This document shows positions 19,933 to 30,217 of a stretch of DNA of 64,000 bases, one piece after another. The notes below the pieces were generated by a model. It had not been told where the DNA came from. It made no database searches and saw only the letters and a list, made by a program, of their open reading frames with translations. The number at the start of each line of letters is the position of its first letter. Position 1 is the stretch's first letter. The stretch lies in assembly GCA_030612765.1 (NCBI GenBank), contig JAUWNG010000001.1, positions 11,165 through 75,164 of the forward strand, read 5' to 3'. Position numbers and translations under genes: made by a program. Source of the stretch: Planctomycetota bacterium. Its GTDB lineage: Bacteria > Planctomycetota > Planctomycetia > Pirellulales > Thermoguttaceae.

Positions 19933-21543
19933 ATGTGTACGCAATATGTCTCGCGGCTGCTTGTGCCGCTGGCGATCTTCTGCCTGATGACGCCGGCGGT
20001 TCCGGCCGAGGAGCCGAGCGCTCCGCTTGTCGGGCCGTCGATCGTCTATAAGATTCATAAGGCCTCCGAGCGGCTGGAGATGACGGTCAACACCAGCCGC
20101 ATCCTCACGATGGACCAAAAGATTCCCCAGGCCCAGGTCAACAACCCGGAGATTCTCGAGCTGACCCCCCTTTCACCGACCCAGATTCAGATCTCGGCCA
20201 AGGCGACCGGCGTTACCCAGATTAACCTCTGGGGCGAAGACAAAAAAGTTTCCACCATCGACGTGATCGTCCTCGGCGACGTCCGAGAACTCCAGTTGAT
20301 TCTGCAAACCACGTTCCCCAACGCGGCGTTGAAGGTGACGCCCGTGGCCAGTTCCGTGATGATTTCCGGCTTCGTCGACAAGCCGGAACACGTCGGGCGG
20401 ATCATCCAGGTCGCCGAGCAGTATTATCCTAAGGTAATCAACAACATGACCATCGGCGGCTGCCAGCAAGTGCTGTTGCACGTCAAGGTGATGGAGGTTT
20501 CGCGGACCAAGCTGCGGCAGTTGGGGTTTGATTGGGCAAAAATCACCGGCAGCAACGTCATCACCTCTGGAACGAGCGGCTTGATTACCGACTATCTCGA
20601 CCAATCTACGACAATCGGCGGCCTGGGCTGCGTGCCGGGCAAAGCCGCCATCCGCTCCGCCAGCCCGAGCACCTTCGCTTTCAACGTGGTTAGCGGCACC
20701 AGCGGCTTCTTCGGCGTACTGGAGGCGATGCGGCAGGACAATCTAATGAAGATCATGGCCGAGCCGACGCTGGTGTCGATCAATGGTCAAGTCGCCTCGT
20801 TCAACGCGGGCGGCGAGATTCCCGTACCCGAGCCGCAAAGCCTGGGTACGATCTCCATCTCGTGGAAGAAGTACGGCACACGGATCAAGTTCGTGCCCAT
20901 CGTGTTGGGCAACGGAAAAATTCGCCTGGACGTGCATCCCGAGGTCAGCGAGTTGGATGACTCCCGCGGCTACAGCATAGCGGGTACTCAAGTTCCGGCA
21001 ATAAGGTTGCGTGAAGTTCACACGACCGTCGAGATGATGGCGGGACAAACGCTGGCCATCGCCGGATTGGTGCAAACGCGCGTCGAGTCCGAAAACGCCG
21101 GGCTTCCCTGGATCAGCGAAATTCCCTATCTGGGCGCGGCGTTCCGAAGCGTCAAGGAAACCCGTAACGAGGTCGAGTTGCTGATCCTTGTCACTCCGGA
21201 GTTGGTCGAGGCTATGGACGCCGATGAAGTGCCCCCCTGTGGTCCCGGCATGAGGACCACCAGCCCGAGCGATTGGGAACTGTTCATGAAGGGGCATTTG
21301 GAAGTGCCCAATTGTTGCCCGATGGGCGGAAGCGGCGGCGGCCTGCCCCCGGAAGGCATGATTCTCGGTCCCGTCGAACAGATTCCCACCCCGGCGCCGG
21401 CCGACGCTTCGGGCAATCCCGGCAGGCCATACAATCGCCATGCTCGGTCCAAGCCAAACTCCTCGCAAGAGGCCGTCCCGGCGGCATCGCGCGGCGGCCC
21501 GCCGGGATTCATCGGCCCGGTCGGCTATGACGTAGTAGAGTAA
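19933..21543 (+). CDS. cpaC: Tad secretin CpaC/RcpA
   Basis: Signal peptide and a secretin C-domain (LMKIMAEPTLVSINGQVASFNAGGEIPVP...IPYLGAAFRS...ELLILVTPELV). Confidence 0.9.
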   Translation: MCTQYVSRLLVPLAIFCLMTPAVPAEEPSAPLVGPSIVYKIHKASERLEMTVNTSRILTMDQKIPQAQVNNPEILELTPLSPTQIQISAKATGVTQINLWGEDKKVSTIDVIVLGDVRELQLILQTTFPNAALKVTPVASSVMISGFVDKPEHVGRIIQVAEQYYPKVINNMTIGGCQQVLLHVKVMEVSRTKLRQLGFDWAKITGSNVITSGTSGLITDYLDQSTTIGGLGCVPGKAAIRSASPSTFAFNVVSGTSGFFGVLEAMRQDNLMKIMAEPTLVSINGQVASFNAGGEIPVPEPQSLGTISISWKKYGTRIKFVPIVLGNGKIRLDVHPEVSELDDSRGYSIAGTQVPAIRLREVHTTVEMMAGQTLAIAGLVQTRVESENAGLPWISEIPYLGAAFRSVKETRNEVELLILVTPELVEAMDADEVPPCGPGMRTTSPSDWELFMKGHLEVPNCCPMGGSGGGLPPEGMILGPVEQIPTPAPADASGNPGRPYNRHARSKPNSSQEAVPAASRGGPPGFIGPVGYDVVE

Positions 21544-21588
21544 AGAGGGCGCGTGGGGCATAGCGCCGGCGAGCGACGTGTCGTATCC

Positions 21589-21654
21589 GTTTAGCGGCCG
21601 CCGGCACGGCGGCCCGTATTTTGCCGCAAGCCGCCGTGCCGGCGGCTGCTAAAC
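21589..21654. repeat. Family D element (cpaC-cpaE gap)
   Basis: GTTTAGCGGCCGCCGGCACGGCGGCCCGTATTTTGCCGCAAGCCGCCGTGCCGGCGGCTGCTAAAC. Confidence 0.95.
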
Positions 21655-21714
21655 ATGCGACATTCGTTGTCCGACACCCAATTGCCAACGTCGTAATAGA
21701 TAAAATCCCCCGCC

Positions 21715-22929
21715 ATGAGCAACGTCCTCCGATTAGCCATTGTCGATCCGAACGACTCCCAGCGCGACGCGCTGAAAAGCATGTTGCTGGGAATGGACCT
21801 GATCTGGTTGGAAGCGGAGTGCTCACGATACGAATTCTTCGCCGACGTAGTGGCCCAAACCAATCCGGACATCGGGCTTGTGGCCATCGACACCGATCCG
21901 CAAAAGGCGCTCGAGTTGGTCGGCCGCCTCTGCGTCTCCTCGCCCGACTGCGCCGTCCTGGTCGTAAGTTCGTCGAACGACGGCAGCTTGATATTGCAAG
22001 CGTTGCGGGCGGGGGCCAAGGAGTTTATAACTCAGCCGGTGCGGATCGAAGACCTGTTGGCCGCCCTGGGACGCATCAGCGAGCGCCGCGCGGGACGCGG
22101 CGACAACCGCTCGCGAGGCAACCAGGTGATTGCCGTGGCCGGCGCCATCGGCGGCGTGGGAACCACCAGCCTGGCGGTCAACCTGGGCTGCATCCTCGCC
22201 AAGGAACCCCACCACTCCGTCGCCCTGGTCGATCTCGATCTCTGCCTCGGCGACGCCGACGTGTTCCTCGACACCATACCCGACTACACGCTGGTCGACG
22301 TGGCCCAGAACGTCACGCGGCTGGACTTCACGCTGTTGAAACGTTCGTTGACCAAACACTCCTCGGGCCTGTACCTGCTGCCGCGTCCGGTGCAGTTGGA
22401 GGACGTGTCGCTAATCACGCCCGACGACCTGCAACGTGTCATCGGCCTGTTGAAGGCCACGTTCACGCACCTCGTGCTCGATCTCTCGAAGAGCTACACG
22501 GCCATCGATATGATCGCCCTGGAAATGGCCGACCAGATACTATTGACCACGCAACTCGATTTGCCTTGCCTGCGGAACGTGGTGCGGCTGATGATGTCGT
22601 TCGGCAACATGGATGATCTGGCCGATAAGGTGAAGATCGTGGTCAACCGCGTCGGCCTGGACGGCGGGCAGATCACGTTGAAAAAGGCCGAGGAAACGAT
22701 CGGCAAGGAAATCTTCTGGCAGCTTCCCAACGACTACCGCACGATGATCGAAGCCCGCAACAACGGCGTGCCGCTTATCGACAGCGCGCCGAAGGCGGCC
22801 GTCACTCAGTCGCTGATGGCCCTGGCCAAGGCCCTCGACGGCAACGCGGAATCCGGCGACGAAGAATCCGACGGCAAGAAGGGCATCGGCGGCCTGCTGA
22901 AACTCTGGTCGGGTAAGAACGGGAAGTGA
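21715..22929 (+). CDS. cpaE: CpaE/TadZ (receiver-like N-domain plus ParA/MinD-type ATPase)
   Basis: Receiver-like LRLAIVDPNDSQRDALKSML and deviant Walker A VIAVAGAIGGVGTTSLAVNLG. Confidence 0.85.
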   Translation: MSNVLRLAIVDPNDSQRDALKSMLLGMDLIWLEAECSRYEFFADVVAQTNPDIGLVAIDTDPQKALELVGRLCVSSPDCAVLVVSSSNDGSLILQALRAGAKEFITQPVRIEDLLAALGRISERRAGRGDNRSRGNQVIAVAGAIGGVGTTSLAVNLGCILAKEPHHSVALVDLDLCLGDADVFLDTIPDYTLVDVAQNVTRLDFTLLKRSLTKHSSGLYLLPRPVQLEDVSLITPDDLQRVIGLLKATFTHLVLDLSKSYTAIDMIALEMADQILLTTQLDLPCLRNVVRLMMSFGNMDDLADKVKIVVNRVGLDGGQITLKKAEETIGKEIFWQLPNDYRTMIEARNNGVPLIDSAPKAAVTQSLMALAKALDGNAESGDEESDGKKGIGGLLKLWSGKNGK

Positions 22930-23038
22930 CAATCGGTCCACTCTTGTTCTTCACGGGGCTTGTCGCAATCAGTTCCATCGGCTAAGATTTCTTTGAGCGT
23001 GTTCGGGAATTGACCCGCGAAAAAAGCTATTTAGCCCC

Positions 23039-23122
23039 GGGTGAATACACCCGGGGCACGGTCCGGTACGTCCAACCACCGCTGCCCGCCGTGTATTCAC
23101 GGCGGGCTAAATGGAAGAGACT
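23039..23122. repeat. Family E element E2 (after cpaE, before GH127)
   Basis: ATTTAGCCCCGGGTGAATACACCCGGGGC...GCCCGCCGTGTATTCACGGCGGGCTAAAT. Inverted orientation relative to E1/E3. Confidence 0.95.
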
Positions 23123-23166
23123 GCGATGCGTGTCTGCCAGATTCCATCAGAGAAGGCGTTTCAATA

Positions 23167-25020
23167 ATGAACGGTGTTTTTCGCACGCTGGCAGTTCTTG
23201 CAATAACCCAGATTTTCTTGTGCATGGCCGGCGATCGACCTCGGCCGGCTGCGGGCGACGACGCGCTTTCGCCCATCGAACTCGGCAAGGTAAAGGTGGG
23301 CGGCGAGATCGGCCGACGCATCGACGCGACGATCTACAACAACCTGCTCAAACTCGACGTCGAGAATGATTTCATCGCGTCGTTCCGCGTCAAAAACGCC
23401 CGTAGCGGCTACATCGGCCTGGGCAAACTGATCGACGCGGCCGTCCGCTTCGCCGCCTATTCCAAAGACGAAAAGGCGCTTGCCCTGAAAAATCGTTTGG
23501 TGGAAGCAACGATCGCTACCCAGCAGCCGGACGGCTACATCGGCAGGATGGCCGCTCCGGCGCGAATGTGGAGCCTCTGGGACGTTCACGAAATGGGCTA
23601 CATCGTCCTCGGCCTGACCGTCGATCACCACTACTTCGGCGAGAAACGTTCATTGGAGGCTGCCCGCCGGCTGGCGGACTACATCCTCCAGCGCTGGGCG
23701 ACGATGCCCGACGATTGGGACCAGCGAACCGGCATTGCCACTCACGTTTCCGTCACTGGCCTGGAACTCGCGATGCTGGCCCTTCATCGCGAAACCGGCG
23801 ACCGACGATACCTTGACTTTTGCGTCCGACAACGGGCCTTGCCCGAGTGGAACCTGGGCATTGTTATCGGCCGCCGCAGGTTGATCGAAGGACACGTGTA
23901 CGCCTATCTTGCCCGATGCCTGGCGCAGCTCGAACTGCACCGCCTCCAGCCGGACGAGAAGCTCTTGCGGCCGACCCGACGAGCAATGCGATTCATGACC
24001 ACCGAGGACGGAATGACCATCGCCGGCGGCGTCGGTGTGTGGGAAATATGGACCGACGACCAGGACGGGCGGGGGGCATTGGGCGAGACCTGCGCGACGG
24101 CCTATCAACTCCGCGTCTTCGACAACCTCTTGCGGCTCGAAGGCGATCCGCGCTACGGCGACCTCATGGAGCGGACGATCCTCAACACCCTGTTTGCCGC
24201 CCAATCGCCCGACGGCCGGCGGATCCGCTACTACACGCCCCTGGAAGGCGACCGCGTCTATTTCCCCAAAGACACTTATTGCTGCCCCTGCAACTACCGC
24301 CGGATAGTCGCGGACTTGCCGACGATGGTCTATTACCGTTCGGGGACCGGATTGGCCGTCAATCTCTACACGGCGTCCGAGGCAACCGTGGAACTGGACG
24401 GCGACGTGTCGCTGAAGGTCCGGCAAGAGACCGATTACCCCACGTCCGGCCGCGTCGTACTGCATCTCGATCCGTCCAAGCCGGCCGTGTTCCCGGTGCA
24501 ATTGCGCATTCCGCGTTGGTGCCGCGGGGCCACGGTGGACGTCAACGGGAAACGGTGGACGTCGTCGCCCGTCGTCGCCGGGGAATTCCTTACGATTGAG
24601 CGAGAGTGGAACGCGGGCGACCGGATCGCGCTGGAGATGCCGATGCCCTGGCGGTTGGTGTTCGGGCGGAAGCGTCAGGCGGGCCGCGCCGCCGTGATGC
24701 GCGGCCCCGTGGTCTTTTGCTTCAACCCCGAAGGCAACGAATCGCTCCGCGACCGAGACGCGGCCGACCTCGGGATAATCGTGATCGACCCCGATTCGTT
24801 GAAGCTTCAGCCCGGCGACGATCATATTCGGCCGGGCGGCGTTGCTTGCTCCGTCAGGGCCAGCAACAAAGGATATGCCACTGATTTTTCCGGCAACCTG
24901 TCGCTGAGGCTGACCGAGTTCCCCGACCCACGCGGCAAGGTCGTCTACTTCCGCCTACCCGATCCGAGCAAGGCGTCCCCGGACGAGCTTCTTTCCGCTG
25001 CTGGAACGGAAACCGATTGA
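23167..25020 (+). CDS. Secreted DUF1680/GH127-like glycoside hydrolase (beta-L-arabinofuranosidase family)
   Basis: Signal peptide MNGVFRTLAVLAITQIFLCMA. (alpha/alpha)6-like N-half and a CCPCNYRR cysteine motif typical of GH127. ATG at 23167. The longer ORF-track start only reads through repeat E2. Confidence 0.65.
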   Translation: MNGVFRTLAVLAITQIFLCMAGDRPRPAAGDDALSPIELGKVKVGGEIGRRIDATIYNNLLKLDVENDFIASFRVKNARSGYIGLGKLIDAAVRFAAYSKDEKALALKNRLVEATIATQQPDGYIGRMAAPARMWSLWDVHEMGYIVLGLTVDHHYFGEKRSLEAARRLADYILQRWATMPDDWDQRTGIATHVSVTGLELAMLALHRETGDRRYLDFCVRQRALPEWNLGIVIGRRRLIEGHVYAYLARCLAQLELHRLQPDEKLLRPTRRAMRFMTTEDGMTIAGGVGVWEIWTDDQDGRGALGETCATAYQLRVFDNLLRLEGDPRYGDLMERTILNTLFAAQSPDGRRIRYYTPLEGDRVYFPKDTYCCPCNYRRIVADLPTMVYYRSGTGLAVNLYTASEATVELDGDVSLKVRQETDYPTSGRVVLHLDPSKPAVFPVQLRIPRWCRGATVDVNGKRWTSSPVVAGEFLTIEREWNAGDRIALEMPMPWRLVFGRKRQAGRAAVMRGPVVFCFNPEGNESLRDRDAADLGIIVIDPDSLKLQPGDDHIRPGGVACSVRASNKGYATDFSGNLSLRLTEFPDPRGKVVYFRLPDPSKASPDELLSAAGTETD

Positions 25021-25093
25021 GCGGCCGGCTGCCGCTACGACCGGAACGACCGGCATATCTTGTTTTCTTCCCCGCGGTTGGATAATTCCCTCT

Positions 25094-25177
25094 ATTTAGC
25101 CCGCCGTGAATACACGGCGGGGACAAGCGGGTTCATGCAGCACATTGTGCCCCGGGTGTATTCACCCAGGGCTAAAT
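25094..25177. repeat. Family E element E3 (after GH127, before cpaF)
   Basis: ATTTAGCCCGCCGTGAATACACGGCGGGG...GCCCCGGGTGTATTCACCCAGGGCTAAAT. Confidence 0.95.
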
Positions 25178-25266
25178 AAGCTCGTTTCAATTTGTAGACG
25201 TGCTCAATCGCCTTGTAGCCGTAAGCTATCTTTTTGGGGACACTTTGCACCAATAGGTATCCAGCA

Positions 25267-26586
25267 ATGGCTAAATTGACGACGACTCTACGCCACACCG
25301 ACCGAAAAGAGAACAACCTGGAGGAACTCAAGCAGCGCATCCACGGCAAGCTGGTCGACAAGTTGGATTTGTCGCGGATCGGCGAGTTGGACGGCGACAC
25401 TCTGCGCCGCGAAATCCGTCTGGTCGTCGAACACCTCTGCGACACCGAAGACACGCTGCTGAACCGCGGCGAGCGCGACCGGTTGGTCGGCGAGGTGCTC
25501 GACGAGACCTTCGGCCTCGGCCCTCTGGAGATGTTGTTGAAAGACCCCACGATCAGCGACATCCTCATCAACGGTCCGAAGAACGTTTACTGCGAGCGGC
25601 GCGGCAAGATCGAGAAGACCAACGTCGTTTTCCGCGACAACAAACACCTGATGCAGATCATCGACCGCATCATCTCGAAGGTCGGCCGGCGGGTGGACGA
25701 GACCTGCCCGATGGTCGACGCCCGGATGATGGACGGTTCCCGCTTCAACGCGATCATTCCGCCGTTGGCGCTCGACGGGGCTTGCGTCTCCATTCGACGC
25801 TTCGGGGCCAATCCGCTGAAACTGGAGGACCTGCTCAATTTCAAGGCCTTCACGCCCGAGATGGTGATGCTCATGGAAGGGGCGATCAAGGCCCGGCTGA
25901 ACATACTCATCTCCGGCGGCACCGGCTCCGGCAAGACCACGCTGTTGAACACGCTGTCGAGTTTTATCTCCAACACCGACCGCATCGTCACCATCGAAGA
26001 CGCCGCGGAGTTGCAATTGCAGCAGGACCACGTGGTGCGGCTCGAGACCCGGCCGCCGAACATCGAGGGCAAGGGAGAGGTGAACGCCACCGACCTGGTG
26101 CGAAACGCCTTGCGCATGCGGCCCGAGCGAATCGTCATCGGCGAGTGCCGCGGGGCCGAGGCCCTGGACATGCTCCAGGCAATGAACACCGGGCACGAAG
26201 GCTCGATGACCACTCTGCACGCAAACACCCCCCGCGACGCGCTCAGCCGGTTGGAAACCATGATCATGATGGCCGGATTCGAGTTGCCGCTGAAGGCCAT
26301 GCGCTCGCAAATCTCAAGCGCCATAGACCTCGTGGTCCAGGTCAGCCGGCTGCAAGGCGGCTCACGAAAGGTCACCTGCATCACCGAGATCGTGGGCATG
26401 GAGCAGGACACCATCATCTTGCAGGACATCTACCGTTTTGACAAGGAGGGCGTCGACGAAAACGGCCGGGCCTACGGCAAGTTCGTCGCCACCGGAATCC
26501 GTCCGATGTTCATGTCCCGGTTGGAATCGGCGGGCGTGCGTCTGCCGTCGAGCGCCTTCCGCGAACGAGTCATGATGGAGGACTGA
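25267..26586 (+). CDS. cpaF: Tad secretion ATPase CpaF/TadA
   Basis: [14 protein letters not shown] Walker [24 protein letters not shown] at 25267. Confidence 0.95.
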   Translation: MAKLTTTLRHTDRKENNLEELKQRIHGKLVDKLDLSRIGELDGDTLRREIRLVVEHLCDTEDTLLNRGERDRLVGEVLDETFGLGPLEMLLKDPTISDILINGPKNVYCERRGKIEKTNVVFRDNKHLMQIIDRIISKVGRRVDETCPMVDARMMDGSRFNAIIPPLALDGACVSIRRFGANPLKLEDLLNFKAFTPEMVMLMEGAIKARLNILISGGTGSGKTTLLNTLSSFISNTDRIVTIEDAAELQLQQDHVVRLETRPPNIEGKGEVNATDLVRNALRMRPERIVIGECRGAEALDMLQAMNTGHEGSMTTLHANTPRDALSRLETMIMMAGFELPLKAMRSQISSAIDLVVQVSRLQGGSRKVTCITEIVGMEQDTIILQDIYRFDKEGVDENGRAYGKFVATGIRPMFMSRLESAGVRLPSSAFRERVMMED

Positions 26587-26590
26587 ACCA

Positions 26591-27562
26591 GTGAATCCCG
26601 TCCTAATCGCCGCCTTGGCGTTCATCGGAGTCGCCGCGATCGTAGGCGGCGCGGCGCTGTTGTGGCGCGAAAAGCCGATCCAGAAGATCGAGGACCGCCT
26701 CGACCTGCTGACCGGCGCCAACACCCCCGCCGCCGCCAAGAACGGATTGGCGAATGGGGCCAGCATCCTCACGCAACCGCTGGACGACAGGCCGGGCATA
26801 GTCGAAACGTTCATGGAGCAATTCGGCAACGTCGGCCTCTTGTTCGAGCAGGCCGACACAAACCTGACGATAGTAAAACTGTTGGTGATTTCGGCGGTGA
26901 CCGCGCTGCTGGGAATCAGCCTCGGCGTGGTGGTCCACGTCCACGTCGCCCTGCTGCCGTTGGTCGGGGTGCTGATGGGGCTGCTGCCGCTGACCTGGCT
27001 GCTCTGGCGCCGTAAGCGGCGGCTGAAGGCCTTCGCCTCGCAATTACCCGACGCCTTGGAAATGATCTCCCGCACGCTCCGCGCCGGACAAAGCCTGGGA
27101 TTCGGCTTCAACATGGTCTCCACGGAAATGCCGTTGCCGATAAGCAAGGAGTTCGGCCGCGTGTTCGAGGAACAAAACCTCGGCATCCCGATTGACGAAA
27201 CCCTCCGCGACATGACCGAACGGATCCCCAACCTCGACCTGAAGTTCTTCGTCACGGCGTTGATCCTCCAGCGGCAAACCGGCGGCGATCTGGCCGAAAT
27301 CCTCGACAAAATCGGGTCCCTGATCCGAGACCGCTTCCGTATTTGGGGACAGATCCAGGCGTTGACGGGCGAAGGACGCCTCTCGGGCGTAGTCCTGCTG
27401 GCGCTCCCCTTCGTGCTGTTGATCGCCGTGTATCAACTGAACCCCGACTACATAATGGTGCTGTTCACCGATCCGTTGGGTACGAAAATGTTGGCCGTGG
27501 GGGCCCTCATGCAGGTCGCCGGAGCGCTGGTTATACGCAAGATCATCAACATCAAGGTATAA
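26591..27562 (+). CDS. tadB: TadB (T2SS-F domain inner-membrane protein)
   Basis: GTG start 5 nt after the cpaF stop. T2SSF pattern QLPDALEMISRTLRAGQSL...ILQRQTGGDLAEIL. Confidence 0.85.
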   Translation: MNPVLIAALAFIGVAAIVGGAALLWREKPIQKIEDRLDLLTGANTPAAAKNGLANGASILTQPLDDRPGIVETFMEQFGNVGLLFEQADTNLTIVKLLVISAVTALLGISLGVVVHVHVALLPLVGVLMGLLPLTWLLWRRKRRLKAFASQLPDALEMISRTLRAGQSLGFGFNMVSTEMPLPISKEFGRVFEEQNLGIPIDETLRDMTERIPNLDLKFFVTALILQRQTGGDLAEILDKIGSLIRDRFRIWGQIQALTGEGRLSGVVLLALPFVLLIAVYQLNPDYIMVLFTDPLGTKMLAVGALMQVAGALVIRKIINIKV

Positions 27563-27595
27563 AAACGCGGCTGCGGCCACGCCGGAACAAAAACC

Positions 27596-28573
27596 ATGAT
27601 CTCCGCAGAGAGTCTGATCAATTTAGAGAGTTTGGTGCCGTTGGCGTTGTTCATCGCCTTCGCCGCGCTGGCGTGGTGGGGGCTGGACTTCATGGCCGCG
27701 GGAAAAACTCGTGCCGTCGAACGCCTGGATGAATTGAAAAATCCCGGCAAACGCCGCAAGGCGGCTGCGGAAAGCGTGCTGAAACAGACCGACACCTTCA
27801 CAAAAATGTTGGAGCGGGCCTCGCCTTCCCTGGCAAAGCCTTTGCAGCCGAAAAACGAGTTGGAACTCGGAAAACTAAGGACCAAACTCGCCGTCGCCGG
27901 GTTCCGAAGCGAATCGGCCGGAAGCATCTTCCTAGGATTTAAATTCGCCGGACTCGTGGCCGGCCTGCTGCTCGGAGGCGGGACCATAACCTCCCTCCGA
28001 GGAATCAACCAAAGCTCGTTGATCTGGTCCGCCGGCCTGGCGGGATTGCTCTTCTACCTGCCCGATCTGGTCGTCAAATACCTCGGCAGCCGCCGAAAGC
28101 AGGCGATCTTCCTGGCACTACCCGACGCGCTGGACCTGATGGTGGTTTGCGTTGAGGCCGGTTTGGGGCTCGACCAGGCAATGCGAAAAGTGGCCCTCGA
28201 AATGAAGAAGTCCTATCGCGTCTTGGCCGATGAGTTCTCGATCAGCAATTTCCAGTTGCAGATGGGCCGCCAACGCGCGGAAGTGCTCCACGAGTTGGGG
28301 GTGAGGACCGGCGTCTCGGACCTCCGCTCCCTCTCGGCGGTGCTGATCCAGGCCGACCGGTTCGGCAGCAGCATTGCCCAGGCGCTCCGCACCCAAAGCG
28401 ACTCGATGCGTGTCCGGAGGAGTCAGCTCGCCGAAGAGAAGGCGGCGAAAACCGCCGTAAAGCTGATCTTCCCGCTGGTGTTGTTCATCTTTCCGGGCAT
28501 ATTCGTGGTGCTGGTCGGTCCGGCCGCGATCACCATGATCCGCCAGATGTTCCCGATGTTGGGCGGGGGGTGA
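27596..28573 (+). CDS. tadC: TadC (T2SS-F domain inner-membrane protein)
   Basis: LPDALDLMVVCVEAGLGLDQAM...LIQADRFGSSIAQALRTQSD. Confidence 0.85.
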   Translation: MISAESLINLESLVPLALFIAFAALAWWGLDFMAAGKTRAVERLDELKNPGKRRKAAAESVLKQTDTFTKMLERASPSLAKPLQPKNELELGKLRTKLAVAGFRSESAGSIFLGFKFAGLVAGLLLGGGTITSLRGINQSSLIWSAGLAGLLFYLPDLVVKYLGSRRKQAIFLALPDALDLMVVCVEAGLGLDQAMRKVALEMKKSYRVLADEFSISNFQLQMGRQRAEVLHELGVRTGVSDLRSLSAVLIQADRFGSSIAQALRTQSDSMRVRRSQLAEEKAAKTAVKLIFPLVLFIFPGIFVVLVGPAAITMIRQMFPMLGGG

Positions 28574-28583
28574 TTTGCAAAGC

Positions 28584-28649
28584 GTTTAGCAGCCGCCGGC
28601 ACGGCGGCTTGCGGCAGAACACGGGCCGCCGTGCCGGCGGCCGCTAAAC
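28584..28649. repeat. Family D element (after tadC)
   Basis: GTTTAGCAGCCGCCGGCACGGCGGCTTGCGGCAGAACACGGGCCGCCGTGCCGGCGGCCGCTAAAC. Confidence 0.95.
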
Positions 28650-28740
28650 ACATGGATTTTCCGGCCATCGTCTTGCCATTCGGTACGGTTGTGTAGTAAT
28701 ATATCCGGCTTGGCGCGCCGACCCCTAGCCTCAATCCATA

Positions 28741-30168
28741 ATGTCCCGCGATCCGTTGCAAGACGTTCGAGACCAATACGACGTCGTCGTGATCGGCGGC
28801 GGACTGGGCGGCATGACCGCCGCCAACATCCTCGCCCGCGCCGGACACCGCGTACTCCTGGCCGAGCAACACTTCAAGCTGGGCGGTCTGGCCACCTGGT
28901 TCCGACGCGGCGAGCGGATATTCGACGTCTCGCTGCACGGCTTTCCGGTGGGCATGATAAAGAGTTGCCGCCGCTACTGGAGCGCCGAAATCGCCGACTC
29001 GATCGTCCAGTTGAAGGACATCCGTTTCGACAACCCGATGTTTTCGCTCTCGACCACCTTCGACCGCGACGATTTTACCCGGCTGTTGATCGAGCGGTTC
29101 CAAGTCCCGCCGGAAAAGGTCGAAGAGTTTTTCGACGCGGCGCGGAACATGAACTTCTACGACGACCAGACCCTTACGGTCGGCCGGCTTTTCGAGCGGT
29201 TCTTTCCCGGCCGCGAGGACGTGGTCCGGTTGCTGATGGAACCGATCACTTACGCCAACGGCTCGACCCTGGAAGACCCGGCGCTGAGCTATGGAATCGT
29301 GTTCTCGAACTTCATGTCGAAGGGGGTCTACACCTTCCGCGACGGCACCGAACATCTGATCCGGCTGATGGGGCGGGAACTGAAAAAAAACGGCGTGGAC
29401 CTGCGGCTGCGATGCCCGGTCGATAATATCCACGTCGATAAACAGAAACAGGTCGAGGGCGTTACAATCGCCGGCCGGCGAATCAACACCAGGGCAATCG
29501 TCTCCAACGCCAATCTGCTGGGTACGATCTTCAACCTCGTCGGTCCCGAACACTGGGACGCGGATTTTCTGGAGCAGGCCCGCGCGGTCCGCCTGAACAA
29601 CTCCAGCACTCAGGTCTACATGGCCCTGAAGCCCGACATGCCCATCGAGCGCGGCCAATGCGGCGACCTGCTGTTCAGCTCGACCGCTCCGACGTTTCGG
29701 ACCGAATCGCTGTTGAGCCGCGACATCACCAGCCGCACTTATTCATTCTACTACCCCGACACGCGGCCGAGCCTGGGGCGTTGTGTGATCGTGGCCAGCA
29801 GCAACGCCAATTACGGCGACTGGGCCGGGCTGTCGAAGGAAGACTATCCGGCCGGCAAGCGAGACCTGATCGAAAACGCGCTGACGGCCATCGAGAAGTA
29901 CCTGCCAGACGTCCGCGATCGGCTGGACTACGTCGAGGCCGCCACGCCGCTGACGTTCGAGCGATACACGAAACACCTCGCCGGGGCCAGCTTCGGTACG
30001 AAATTCGAGGGTCTGGCCGTAAGCCGGGCCTTGCCCGAACACGTCGCCGGACTATATCATACCGGAAGCGTGGGCATTATCATGTCCGGCTGGCTGGGCG
30101 CGGTCAACTACGGCGTGATCGTGGCCAACAACGTGGACGCCTTCTTAATGAAAGAGCAAGCTGTTTAG
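28741..30168 (+). CDS. NAD(P)/FAD-dependent oxidoreductase, phytoene-desaturase (CrtI)-like family
   Basis: [37 protein letters not shown] dinucleotide-binding motif; 475 aa. Confidence 0.8.
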   Translation: MSRDPLQDVRDQYDVVVIGGGLGGMTAANILARAGHRVLLAEQHFKLGGLATWFRRGERIFDVSLHGFPVGMIKSCRRYWSAEIADSIVQLKDIRFDNPMFSLSTTFDRDDFTRLLIERFQVPPEKVEEFFDAARNMNFYDDQTLTVGRLFERFFPGREDVVRLLMEPITYANGSTLEDPALSYGIVFSNFMSKGVYTFRDGTEHLIRLMGRELKKNGVDLRLRCPVDNIHVDKQKQVEGVTIAGRRINTRAIVSNANLLGTIFNLVGPEHWDADFLEQARAVRLNNSSTQVYMALKPDMPIERGQCGDLLFSSTAPTFRTESLLSRDITSRTYSFYYPDTRPSLGRCVIVASSNANYGDWAGLSKEDYPAGKRDLIENALTAIEKYLPDVRDRLDYVEAATPLTFERYTKHLAGASFGTKFEGLAVSRALPEHVAGLYHTGSVGIIMSGWLGAVNYGVIVANNVDAFLMKEQAV

Positions 30169-30199
30169 CCCCGGCGCCCACGCCGGGTTTTCGTTTTTC
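30163..30199 (+). terminator. Intrinsic terminator built from a half E-type element
   Basis: GTTTAGCCCCGGCG-CCCA-CGCCGGG followed by TTTTCGTTTTT. The TAG stop of the oxidoreductase lies in the GTTTAGC head. Confidence 0.7.
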
Positions 30200-30217
30200 G
30201 TTCCATATTCGCATCGC

